DNA of 61,643 nucleotides, filler included, from Bdellovibrionota bacterium (GTDB lineage: Bacteria > Bdellovibrionota > Bdellovibrionia > Bdellovibrionales > JAEYZS01): the NCBI GenBank assembly GCA_963169515.1. It is 3 parts of 3 records of this genome, joined end to end, with 100 filler letters (N's around TTAATTAATTAA, not from the genome) between each part and the next. Parts side by side here need not be neighbours in the genome. Positions count along the whole stretch, not along the records: positions 49,760 to 61,643 come from CAUJEF010000090.1; 2 more parts are not named here. One strand, written 5' to 3'. Position numbers and translations under genes: made by a program. This document shows positions 50,131-59,296 of the stretch, piece by piece; the first letter of the stretch is position 1; each line of letters opens with the position of its first letter. Below the pieces are notes generated by a model that saw nothing but the letters and a program-made list of their open reading frames with translations, did not search any database and was not told the origin of the DNA.

Positions 50131-51492
50131 GTGAAGAGTAATTTTACAACAGCCATTGCTATTGTCTTTCTTATTGTTCTTTTTAATAACTGTGGACAAG
50201 GTTTTAAAAGCCTTCATTTTGAAAACAGTTCCTCGCTTGGTGGTTCACCACAGCCTTCTGCAACTCCCACTGCAACCCCTACTCCTGCTCCTACGCCTAC
50301 ACCAACTGCAACCACAACTCCACGCCCTCCAACGCCTACTCCAACTGCAACGGCGACCCCACGTCCGGGTGAACCTTATGCCTTACCGGGGCCCGGACAG
50401 GCCATTGCGATAGGAACCAATACCAGCAATGATGTTCGCTATCCTGGGTCGTCATCCGGTACTTGGGGATATGCTGTTTTCAAATGTTTTGGGGGCGGAA
50501 CTTTTGCTCCTGACTATTCAGCGCGTGGAGCATACGTCATTGCAGGATCGGGCGGACATGGTTGTCCGGTAGTAAATATTGATGCAACAATTTTTGATTT
50601 TTCTACGGCAACCTGGTCACGATTGCCCAACGCTAATGGAGTTAGGACTTCAGATCCCAATCGCTATGATTACACAACTGATGAAACAACCGGTGCCCCA
50701 TACTACGAACTTCTGGGGGCAACAGCGGGGCAAATCCCAGCGCCAGGTCATTTATATCAGACAATTTCTTATCAATCGCCAGAAATGGGTGGTGGAGCCA
50801 AAGGAAGCTACTTGCGCGTAACGGGCACTGCTATAACCACGCTGTCTCATTCCACAGGAGCTGTTCATAAATTTGATTTATCAACGGGTTTGTGGACTCG
50901 AATGCAAAATACAGCGTTTTCTCGGACATATCCAGAATCAGTAACTGTCTATGATCCAGTAACAAAAAGATATTATTACATTCGTCCCGATTATCATGCG
51001 ACTGGAAATTTAGAATATTTAGATGGCAACGACTGGAGGGTAAAGTCGACCCCGTCTTATGATTGGCCGCCAGCATATCAGGGTGAGTGGGTTACGGCGT
51101 TTCTAGAACCTGTTAATAGATTGCTTGTCCTGCAAAGTCCTGGAAGTTTATTCGCGCTTGATTTAAATAATATACCAGCGGGATGGAATGTCTTAAAAAC
51201 AGCCGGAGGCTTTCCAGCAGAGTCCAATTATTGGGCGCATGATCCAGCGACTGGAAAATTTTATTCGCGCATGGGTGACGAGGGACAAGTCATACGACGC
51301 TTAACTGTACCTGAGAATTGGAAGACGGGAACGTGGGCCTTTGATCAGGTCACAATAACTGGCGCGACTTTGCCAACGGATGGAGCAAATTCCACGCGCC
51401 ATTACACACGATTTTTCTATGTCCCGGCAATTCAATCGTTTGCGTGGATTGCTAGCGAAGATTCAAAGGTCATCATATTACGTCCACCGTGA
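50131..51492 (+). CDS. Lipoprotein with Pro/Thr linker and beta-propeller-like C-terminal domain
   Basis: FNNC lipobox, PT-rich linker, repeated Kelch-like units (FDFSTATWSRL, FDLSTGLWTRM, YDPVTKRYY, HDPATGKFY). Confidence 0.8.
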   Translation: MKSNFTTAIAIVFLIVLFNNCGQGFKSLHFENSSSLGGSPQPSATPTATPTPAPTPTPTATTTPRPPTPTPTATATPRPGEPYALPGPGQAIAIGTNTSNDVRYPGSSSGTWGYAVFKCFGGGTFAPDYSARGAYVIAGSGGHGCPVVNIDATIFDFSTATWSRLPNANGVRTSDPNRYDYTTDETTGAPYYELLGATAGQIPAPGHLYQTISYQSPEMGGGAKGSYLRVTGTAITTLSHSTGAVHKFDLSTGLWTRMQNTAFSRTYPESVTVYDPVTKRYYYIRPDYHATGNLEYLDGNDWRVKSTPSYDWPPAYQGEWVTAFLEPVNRLLVLQSPGSLFALDLNNIPAGWNVLKTAGGFPAESNYWAHDPATGKFYSRMGDEGQVIRRLTVPENWKTGTWAFDQVTITGATLPTDGANSTRHYTRFFYVPAIQSFAWIASEDSKVIILRPP

Positions 51493-51538
51493 GGAGTATA
51501 TTAGGAAGCGAAGGTTTTTCGATATTTTTATTTAATTC

Positions 51539-51568
51539 TTGCATTTAGTGATGTAAAGGTGTTACACT
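51539..51568 (+). promoter_or_regulatory. Sigma70-type promoter with palindromic operator for the TA pair
   Basis: TTGCAT-N18-TACACT with TGTAA-N5-TTACA (51552-51566) overlapping the -10. Confidence 0.55.
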
Positions 51569-51587
51569 GAAGAGCGTGAGGTGAGTA

Positions 51588-51809
51588 ATGCCAACGGCTA
51601 AAAAGAGAATCAATTTAACAGTCGAAGATGATATTTTTGAATCTTTAAATAAAATTGCAAAAAAAGAAAAGACTTCTATCGCAGGCATAAGCCATCTTCT
51701 GCTTGAAAAGGCATTAGAACTTCAGGAAGACTTCTATTTTTCAAAAGTAGGTGAGGCCCGACTAGCTGAGAAATCTAAAAAAGTGTCCCATGAAGATATC
51801 TGGGACTAA
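51588..51809 (+). CDS. Ribbon-helix-helix (CopG-like) antitoxin
   Basis: KKRINLTV RHH strand, ALELQED, C-terminal VSHEDIW; directly upstream of RelE. Confidence 0.8.
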   Translation: MPTAKKRINLTVEDDIFESLNKIAKKEKTSIAGISHLLLEKALELQEDFYFSKVGEARLAEKSKKVSHEDIWD

Positions 51810-51812
51810 TCC

Positions 51813-52070
51813 GTGTACAAAATCCTGTACCATGAATCGATCAAAGATGATCTTTCATCTATTTCAAAATCAGATAAGCTAAATATTCGGAAAGCCATTG
51901 AAAAGAAATTGGCAACGAATCCAATTGAATTCGGAAAGCCTCTACAATACAGTTTGAAAGGGTTGCGTCGCCTTCGAGTTGGAGATCATAGAATCATTTT
52001 TCAAATCGACGAAAAAAATAAAACTGTTCTGATTTTAAAAATTGGTCACCGACGAGAAGTATATGATTGA
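51813..52070 (+). CDS. relE: RelE-family toxin
   Basis: GKPLQYSLKGLRRLRVGDHRIIF...IGHRREVY. Confidence 0.9.
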   Translation: MYKILYHESIKDDLSSISKSDKLNIRKAIEKKLATNPIEFGKPLQYSLKGLRRLRVGDHRIIFQIDEKNKTVLILKIGHRREVYD

Positions 52071-52123
52071 GGGGCAGGTCAACTCGGCATGCTTCCGGTC
52101 GCCCGTTCGTCCATTGTTCAATT

Positions 52124-52199
<76 letters not shown>

Positions 52200-52312
52200 G
52201 TAAATACACGATTAGAATGCTTTTACCGCGGGCATTACGCTTGAGGCAATCAAAAAAAGTATTTGCAAAATCACAATCGTAGATGGTCTCATATTCGTGG
52301 GTGGAGGTTCCA

Positions 52313-52810
52313 ATGAAATACATCGTGTTATTTAGCATTCTTATGGCAACGTCTCTTTCTTTTGGCGCAGACAAAAGCTTAGAACACCGTTTGGGGGTTG
52401 GCTATTCGAACCAGGTGGGTGTGGGTGACGTGGTGGGATTGCCCAGCATCATGGCAAAATATTATACCAGCAAGGACCTTGCATTCTCTGGGGCTGTTGG
52501 AATATCCACCGGCGAAACAAATTCTGCCTTTGGGCTTTTGTTTAAAATTTACCGTGTGATTTTCCCCGAAGATTCAATGCTTTTTTATATGGGGGGCGGA
52601 GCGGGGCTTGTTAGCAACAAAGTAGCGGGTGACAACAGTTCCGGTTTTGAGCTTATGGGTGTTGTAGGCTCTGAGTTTTTCTTCCCAGGGCTTGAAAATT
52701 TGGGGTTTATGTTTGAAGCCGGTATCGGCGTAATTTCACTTTCAAGTGATGTCAGCTTCCGCACGATTGGCCAATCGCCAATCAATGCGGGGATGGTATT
52801 TTATTTTTAA
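52313..52810 (+). CDS. Small outer-membrane beta-barrel protein
   Basis: GGAGG RBS, signal peptide, Gly/aromatic amphipathic strands, C-terminal GMVFYF. Confidence 0.75.
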   Translation: MKYIVLFSILMATSLSFGADKSLEHRLGVGYSNQVGVGDVVGLPSIMAKYYTSKDLAFSGAVGISTGETNSAFGLLFKIYRVIFPEDSMLFYMGGGAGLVSNKVAGDNSSGFELMGVVGSEFFFPGLENLGFMFEAGIGVISLSSDVSFRTIGQSPINAGMVFYF

Positions 52811-54202
52811 TTACCTTTTCATGAAATACATCAGCGCCGATCGGTAACCCACTTGCGGCGGGACGGTGTATTCAGCTGCATCGCGCGCTGCCCGCGACAA
52901 ATTCACTCGGCCACCCGAAACCGTCTGACCATCCAGAGCAGCGACTTTATCAACAGTCTCAAGCAAAATATTCTTTATCGCTTGGGCCGCCGCGGCCGGC
53001 TTTTCAACAGCAAGTGTAGCAAGGGCGGGGCTTGCCATTGTATGCAATAATGCGATGGCGCCAGAAATAACGGGTGTTGCCATTGAGGTTCCCGATTTAT
53101 AGCCTGTTCCATTCCCCGGAATTGTGGATAATATAGAAGTCCCTGGGGCACCTATATCCACCATGGTTTTTCCGTAAGCAGCACTGGAGCTTTTGTTGTC
53201 GGTGTTTGTCGTATTTGTAACAGAAACAATATATGGGCTATCACAACCTGTTGGGACGTCGCCACTGACATCAACGTCAATGTTCAGGTTCGCGGTTGCA
53301 GCTGCCGACAAGATTCCGTATTTGCCCATTTCATTGTAAATATCGTTCCAAGCAGGGTAGTCACCGGATTTGCAATCAGCATAGTCCACACCAAAACTAG
53401 AATTGGTGGCAACAATATTTGCACCCTTCTCCCCATTGGTTTCAAGCCATAGTTTCTTTTGCTTTAATACATAGCCATAAGCTTTTAATGCCAATGAAGT
53501 AAGTGACCCCTGTCCCCCCAACACCTTTACAGCCATAATTTTCAGTTCCCAGTTTACACCGGAAACTTGGATACTGTTGTTGCCTTTGGCACCGGCAATC
53601 CCTGCTACGTGTGTAGAGTGACTTTCCGACGCGCTTGAATTTGTGACATTGCCATTCCCAGCAACTGCGTTCCACCCGTTCAAATCATCAACGTATCCGT
53701 TATTGTCGTCGTCAACCCCGTTATCTGGAATTTCATTTGTATTAAGCCAAATATTTTCTTTCAAATCTTGATGGTTGATATCCATACCTTGATCGACAAT
53801 GGCAACCACAGGGGCATTCCCAAGTGCATTTTTTCCTCCCGTTGCATGGTCCCATGCGGCAGGTGCGCTGATCTTATCTAAATGCCATTGTTCTCCATAT
53901 TGAGCGTCGTTCGGAACTTTTTCGCGTAATGTGATGGGGTGATCTTCTTGAGCATATTCGACAAAATCCATTTGCGAGAGTGCGCCCAGAGCAGAACGCA
54001 TACTTTGTTTGCTGGTTCGGTTAGCCTTAGGTTCAATTAAAAAAATGTTTAAATCTTCAACCAGATCGTCAGTGACTTTGAAGATGCTTGTTAGATGTGT
54101 CACTTGCTTTGCTGAAACATTCTTTTTTAGCTTTACAATTATTGCCGCCTCTGAATCGATGGCAAGGATAGAAATCATTAAAAGCGATAAAAATTTACCC
54201 AT
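52811..54202 (-). CDS. Secreted S8 (subtilisin-like) serine protease
   Basis: Signal peptide, prodomain, triad IVDQG / HSTH / GTSMATP. Confidence 0.92.
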   Translation of the reverse strand: MGKFLSLLMISILAIDSEAAIIVKLKKNVSAKQVTHLTSIFKVTDDLVEDLNIFLIEPKANRTSKQSMRSALGALSQMDFVEYAQEDHPITLREKVPNDAQYGEQWHLDKISAPAAWDHATGGKNALGNAPVVAIVDQGMDINHQDLKENIWLNTNEIPDNGVDDDNNGYVDDLNGWNAVAGNGNVTNSSASESHSTHVAGIAGAKGNNSIQVSGVNWELKIMAVKVLGGQGSLTSLALKAYGYVLKQKKLWLETNGEKGANIVATNSSFGVDYADCKSGDYPAWNDIYNEMGKYGILSAAATANLNIDVDVSGDVPTGCDSPYIVSVTNTTNTDNKSSSAAYGKTMVDIGAPGTSILSTIPGNGTGYKSGTSMATPVISGAIALLHTMASPALATLAVEKPAAAAQAIKNILLETVDKVAALDGQTVSGGRVNLSRAARDAAEYTVPPQVGYRSALMYFMKR

Positions 54203-54296
54203 TTTCCCCTCCGTGGAATCCCCATGGATGAGTAGAACAGGATTTTAGGCCGGAAGGTAATGATTTTTTTAGAGGGGAGAAAAGCTGGGTCTAGGT

Positions 54297-55076
54297 CTAG
54301 GCGGACTGTTTCTTGCGAATATACTCGGTTTTCATCCATGTGCGAATTTGTTTTTTCAAAACAGGGCCATTGCCAAAGAAAACAAATTTACATTGAAACA
54401 TATCGGGGCTTGATGGGTGCTTTTCAGAAGAAAAGCATTTGCCGACTACCTCTTGGCCACCGTCGCGAGCAAAGGCAGGCGAGAAAAACGAGATAATCTC
54501 ACCAGGCTCATACTTTTTTGCTGCCTTTAATGTTAATCCGAACTCGCCGATGTCTTCGATTTCAAACGTGTAGGCAACTCGCACGGGCTCGGTGACCGGC
54601 AGGGAATAAATTTCTTTTTTGTAGGCTCCTTTTTTTGAAACCAGTAGCGATATTTTTTCCCTAAAGATTGGCGCATCTACCGGAAGGGCGATGTAATCTT
54701 CGTAACCGCCTTTCAGCATAAACCGGCGAATGGTATCGACATTTTCGTCGTAGCTGAGAACAATAAACTTTGTGTTTTGATTTGCAGGAAGCGTGATTTT
54801 TTTGCGAAATGATTGCGCCCACGCAGACGGATTTCCCTTAATAAAAGTATGATCAATTAAAAGGACATCAAATGCCCGTGCGTTCATTGCGTCTTCTACT
54901 TTTTTTTCGTCTAACTCGACAAAAATTTCATGTTCAATTTCGCTGCCGAGCTTATTGTCAGCATCTGCGGCGGGGGCCTCCGCACGCTGCTTTTTGACGT
55001 CAGCAGTGATTCCCAAAGCCTCTTCCATTTGCTTAAGGTTTGTAGCATCGTTATTGATCAATAAAAAGCGCGCCAT
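54297..55076 (-). CDS. Atypical receiver-domain protein with PilZ-like C-terminus
   Basis: Receiver-like RFLLINND / FDVLLID / FIVLS / DYIALP; C-terminal EDIGEFGL and beta-barrel pattern. Confidence 0.65.
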   Translation of the reverse strand: MARFLLINNDATNLKQMEEALGITADVKKQRAEAPAADADNKLGSEIEHEIFVELDEKKVEDAMNARAFDVLLIDHTFIKGNPSAWAQSFRKKITLPANQNTKFIVLSYDENVDTIRRFMLKGGYEDYIALPVDAPIFREKISLLVSKKGAYKKEIYSLPVTEPVRVAYTFEIEDIGEFGLTLKAAKKYEPGEIISFFSPAFARDGGQEVVGKCFSSEKHPSSPDMFQCKFVFFGNGPVLKKQIRTWMKTEYIRKKQSA

Positions 55077-55087
55077 ATCTATACGCT

Positions 55088-55113
55088 TTATCGGGAGAAA
55101 GGGGAGCGGCTTA
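55088..55113 (-). promoter_or_regulatory. Putative sigma28 (FliA) promoter
   Basis: Minus strand TAAG-N14-CCCGATAA, 12 nt upstream of the ATG. Confidence 0.6.
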
Positions 55114-55299
55114 TAGTCCCCAGATCAGATCCGGCCTTTAGTTTGACAGCTGAATCCACAAAATGTCACTTCTTAGGGTATGTGTCTACTTTTGATCTAA
55201 TACGCGATTTAAAGCGATTTGAGCGGCATTTGGCTTGTAATTACAGACATTGGTAACGGCAGGGTTTGTGCCCGGCTAACACTATTAAGGATAGAACTT

Positions 55300-55971
55300 A
55301 TGAAAAAGCTATTATCTTTTGCAACGGTTGCAGTATTGGTCTCTTTGGTCGCAGCATGTGCTCCTAAAAAAGAAAAAGAGCGCATTGGTCGCGGATCACG
55401 TAGCGGTCTTCAAACAAACAATTTGGGTCAGCCAAACGGTGTCGGGCCGGGTATGAATGGCTGGAATGTCCTAGAGAGCGGAAGTGTTGCAATTCGGGGC
55501 TTAAGCTACGCATCGGGTAGCCAAGATCAAGCATGGGCAATCGACGGGCTTGTTTCATCCTTTATTAATATTGATGATCCAAATCAATATGGTGGTGTTG
55601 CAAGTTCGGGTGCGATTTCTATGGGCGCACACCTTCGGTTCACAGGCAATTGCCAAATCGATAAAGCAAATTCATTTATGGGTATTGTTGTTTTTGACGA
55701 GATAGCCCTTCGCTATACAGATAGCGTTATTCGAATCTATATGGGACCCGAGCGTGCGGACGTACAGAGCGGCATGGTGAACAATCGTTGTGTTGTTCGT
55801 TTCACTGATGACTATGGTTATATTTCATTAAATTTGAATTTATCCGGCGGCAATGTGACTGGCGATGTGATGTATTATAATAAATCTTCAACTGTGAATC
55901 ATCCGTCAACGGGCCGTGAAACATATTTGGGCAGCTTTTCAATTCCTCAGAATGGGATTCTTTTTAACTAG
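55300..55971 (+). CDS. Hypothetical lipoprotein
   Basis: AAGGA RBS; MKKLLSFATVAVLVSLVAAC lipobox. Confidence 0.75.
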   Translation: MKKLLSFATVAVLVSLVAACAPKKEKERIGRGSRSGLQTNNLGQPNGVGPGMNGWNVLESGSVAIRGLSYASGSQDQAWAIDGLVSSFINIDDPNQYGGVASSGAISMGAHLRFTGNCQIDKANSFMGIVVFDEIALRYTDSVIRIYMGPERADVQSGMVNNRCVVRFTDDYGYISLNLNLSGGNVTGDVMYYNKSSTVNHPSTGRETYLGSFSIPQNGILFN

Positions 55972-56038
55972 AGTTTAAGGTTCTGCTTTGCTAAGCTCAC
56001 ATTATGTGTTTTGTGGGTAATAACAGGTGGGCGGAACA

Positions 56039-56671
56039 ATGAAATCCGTATTGATCGTCACGGCATTTGCGGAAGAGTTTAACGCCCTTAAAGAATATAT
56101 AAAATACCCCACGCAATTTAAAATTGACGGCCTTAATTATGTCGAGGGCGAATGGGGTGATAAAAAAATACATTTGATGTGTGGTGGACAGGGGCGAGCG
56201 CACATTCAAAAATCCCTAGAAATATTTTTAGAAAAAAACATGGTCCATCACGTCCTTTTGGCCGGTTATTGCGGAGGGCTTCGGAAGGATATTAAAATGG
56301 GCGATGTATTTCTGCCTTGCGAGTTTATGCTGGATCCGCGGATCCAAAAAAAACCAGCCATATTTGTCGAAAGGATAAAAATTTTAAACTCTGAAATTCC
56401 ATCGGTAGAAATTGTCACGGTGGATGAGGCGGTAAAGACTGAGGCAGATAAAAAGCGATTATTTGAAATGACTAAATGTCCGATCGTGGACATGGAGGCG
56501 TTTGAAGTCGCAGAGTATTTATTTTTTGAAGAAATTCCCTTTTATGTTCTAAAAGTTGTATTAGATGACGCGCAATCTGAGGTCGGAAACGTCAAAGATC
56601 TAAAGGTCAACGCAGAAATGGTAAACCCTAAGCTAGTTAATGCTGTGGACAAGCTGCTCGGGTTGTTATGA
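56039..56671 (+). CDS. Nucleoside phosphorylase / MTA-SAH nucleosidase superfamily protein
   Basis: IVTAFAEEF, AGYCGGL...GDV, VDMEA, KVVLD. Confidence 0.8.
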   Translation: MKSVLIVTAFAEEFNALKEYIKYPTQFKIDGLNYVEGEWGDKKIHLMCGGQGRAHIQKSLEIFLEKNMVHHVLLAGYCGGLRKDIKMGDVFLPCEFMLDPRIQKKPAIFVERIKILNSEIPSVEIVTVDEAVKTEADKKRLFEMTKCPIVDMEAFEVAEYLFFEEIPFYVLKVVLDDAQSEVGNVKDLKVNAEMVNPKLVNAVDKLLGLL

Positions 56672-57441
56672 AAAAAATTTTCTTAAAAATTATGTCTATG
56701 ATTATCACGGTGCCTTTTTCGCTTTTCATTGGGCTTTCCACAGCGGCGGGGTCGATCATAATTGCGACAGCCGCCCTGTTTGTAAAACAAAAAAAAGCTG
56801 AAAAAGTGGTGCTATGGGTGTTTTCATGGTGGCGGCAAAGTTTACTTCGAACGGCGAGAGTGAAGCTAAAGGTGCTTGGCAGGGAAAATGTACCGTCTGG
56901 GGGGTGTCTTTATGTTTTTAATCACTTGAGCCACTATGACATCCCCGTGCTGCTCGAGGCTATTCCAGAGGGGGTAAAATTTGGTGCTAAAGCTGAACTT
57001 TTTAAAATTCCAATTTTTTCTCAAGCAATGGCAGCTTATGGAACGCTCAAAATTGACCGTGGAAACAGGCAAGAAGCCATTGAGACCCTAAGCAAAGCCA
57101 AAAGCCGATTGGCCAGTGGTGAAAGCTTTATCCTTGCAGCGGAAGGAACGCGTCAGGCTACGCCAGGCATCGGAGAATTTAAAAGCGGACCAATTATTTT
57201 TGCAATTCAAGCTGGTGTGCCGATAGTCCCTGTTGTTATCTATGGTACTGACAAAATTCTACCAAAGGGGCAATTATTTTTGAATTTTAATGTTCGAAAA
57301 GATGTCACGCTAGAAATTCTTCCCCCCGTGCCGACAGTAGGATACACGGTAGACACTCGGGATGAGCTAAAAAATAAGATTCGCGCTATGTTTCTAGCTA
57401 GTTATGAAGAATTGAAAAAGCGTGACAACTTTGGATTGTAG
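56668..57441 (+). CDS. plsC: 1-acyl-sn-glycerol-3-phosphate acyltransferase
   Basis: NHLSHYD (HX4D), KAEL, IDR, EGTR, FKSG. Confidence 0.9.
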   Translation: MKKIFLKIMSMIITVPFSLFIGLSTAAGSIIIATAALFVKQKKAEKVVLWVFSWWRQSLLRTARVKLKVLGRENVPSGGCLYVFNHLSHYDIPVLLEAIPEGVKFGAKAELFKIPIFSQAMAAYGTLKIDRGNRQEAIETLSKAKSRLASGESFILAAEGTRQATPGIGEFKSGPIIFAIQAGVPIVPVVIYGTDKILPKGQLFLNFNVRKDVTLEILPPVPTVGYTVDTRDELKNKIRAMFLASYEELKKRDNFGL

Positions 57442-57461
57442 TGGGATTCTTTTCGTCATAA

Positions 57462-58439
57462 ATGCACAAATACATTCACTTTTTTATTTTGTTCGCGGCA
57501 AGCTTAAGTCATGCATCTCAGGAGCATCTGGGGACCTTCTCCCTGTCGGATATCTTGCTTCAGCCGCAGTTGAAATTTGTCGAGTCTGATGGTGGGGAGT
57601 TTTCTTTAGAGCGCAGTTATATTTTCACAAAATGGGAATATGATAAAAATTTATCTGTTGAATTTGGGTGGGGCCAGCTGTCCTATATAACGCCGAGCCG
57701 TTTTTCAAACACCGTGATCACATCAAATACGAACTTTGGCATTTTTGAGGCCTACGGACAATGGGACTCAAATTACGGAGTCATTCGCGCAGGACTGGTC
57801 CCCATTAATTTCGGCTATGAGGGCGGCGCTCGCGAATCCCAAAGACTATTGCCGGACACACTATTTTTAGAAAATCATTATTTTGGTTTGCGCGATTATG
57901 GAGCGACCTATTCCAATGCGCATAATGGATTTTTTACTTTGGCAACCGTGCACAATGGTGAAGGTGGAACAGATATTGATGGAAATCTTTGGTTCACGGA
58001 AAAATTGGGTTGGAAAAATCGTGCGGGCCTTGAATTTGCGTTTTCTGGTCAGATAGGGGAATTCCGGTCTGCGGTAGAATCTAAAACACGTATCGTGGGT
58101 CTATATTCCGCGTTTAATCTCTACAAAATAAATTGCGTCGCCGAAGGCTTTGTCGGCGACAGCAAGTCAACCGCAAATTATGAGCAGTTTCATTCATGGC
58201 ATGTGGACTTGAATCACCCGATTGGTGATGTTGGAATTCAAGTTCGTTACGATATTCTGGACCCTAATAAAACAACGATCGGGGATCAGACCTCGCGATG
58301 GATAGCGGGTCTAAATATTTCGAATGAGCAACGCACTTCCACATTGTTCCTGTGGGGAATTAAAAACTTGGAAGAAGGAACGAAAGTTTTTAATGATGAA
58401 ATCATGCTTGTTTGGAAAATAAATTCTTTGCTTCAATAG
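57462..58439 (+). CDS. Putative outer-membrane porin-like protein
   Basis: Signal peptide ending SHA; EAYGQW, IRAGLVPINFGYE, RDYG, RYD strands resembling porin O/P-like barrels. Confidence 0.6.
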   Translation: MHKYIHFFILFAASLSHASQEHLGTFSLSDILLQPQLKFVESDGGEFSLERSYIFTKWEYDKNLSVEFGWGQLSYITPSRFSNTVITSNTNFGIFEAYGQWDSNYGVIRAGLVPINFGYEGGARESQRLLPDTLFLENHYFGLRDYGATYSNAHNGFFTLATVHNGEGGTDIDGNLWFTEKLGWKNRAGLEFAFSGQIGEFRSAVESKTRIVGLYSAFNLYKINCVAEGFVGDSKSTANYEQFHSWHVDLNHPIGDVGIQVRYDILDPNKTTIGDQTSRWIAGLNISNEQRTSTLFLWGIKNLEEGTKVFNDEIMLVWKINSLLQ

Positions 58440-58450
58440 AAAGGTAAAAT

Positions 58451-59296
58451 ATGAAAAATGTTGGTGTAATTGGTGCCGGCCAAATGGGAAATGGCATAGC
58501 CCAAGTTATTGCCGGAAAAAATATTAAGGTCACCCTGTACGATATTTCCCAGGTTTCGTTGGAAAAGGGTATCCAGACAATTTCTGTAAGCTGTGACCGT
58601 CTTATTAAAAAAGAAATTTTAAATGCCCAAGGCAAGGACCAGCTCTTAAAAAACATCAAGGCGACGACCCAGTTTAACGATTTGGGTCCATGCGATTTCG
58701 TTATAGAAGCGGCAACGGAAAGCGTTCAATTAAAACTCGATATTTTTAAAAAATTAGATGAAGTCTGTGGTCCTGGCACAATCTTATGCACCAACACATC
58801 TTCAATTTCCGTTACGAAAATCGCATCTGTGACAAAGCGTCCGGAAAGCGTTGCGGGGATGCACTTTATGAACCCGGTGCCCTTAATGAAGTTGGTTGAA
58901 GGAATCCGTGGCTTACAAACAAGTGACGAAACTTTCAAAATTGTAAAAGCTTTTGCAGAATCTTTGGATAAAATATTTGTTGAGAGCCGTGACTTCCCTG
59001 GTTTCATTGTTAATCGCATTCTTATGCCGATGATCAACGAGGCCGTTTATGCCCTGTACGAAGGCGTTGCAGAAGTTGAGGCCATCGACAGTGCAATGAA
59101 ATTGGGAACAAACCAACCGATGGGACCGCTCGCACTGGCGGATTTTATTGGGCTTGATACATGTCTTGCGATTATGAATGTGCTACACGAGGGTCTTGGC
59201 GATAGCAAATATCGGCCGTGCCCATTGCTTGTAAAATATGTCGAGGCCGGATGGTTAGGCAAGAAAACCGGACGAGGCTTTTATAAGTATGCATAA
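58451..59296 (+). CDS. hbd: 3-hydroxybutyryl-CoA dehydrogenase
   Basis: GAGQMGNGIA, IEAATE, NTSSIS, GMHFMNP, PGFIVNR, PMGPL. Confidence 0.95.
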   Translation: MKNVGVIGAGQMGNGIAQVIAGKNIKVTLYDISQVSLEKGIQTISVSCDRLIKKEILNAQGKDQLLKNIKATTQFNDLGPCDFVIEAATESVQLKLDIFKKLDEVCGPGTILCTNTSSISVTKIASVTKRPESVAGMHFMNPVPLMKLVEGIRGLQTSDETFKIVKAFAESLDKIFVESRDFPGFIVNRILMPMINEAVYALYEGVAEVEAIDSAMKLGTNQPMGPLALADFIGLDTCLAIMNVLHEGLGDSKYRPCPLLVKYVEAGWLGKKTGRGFYKYA

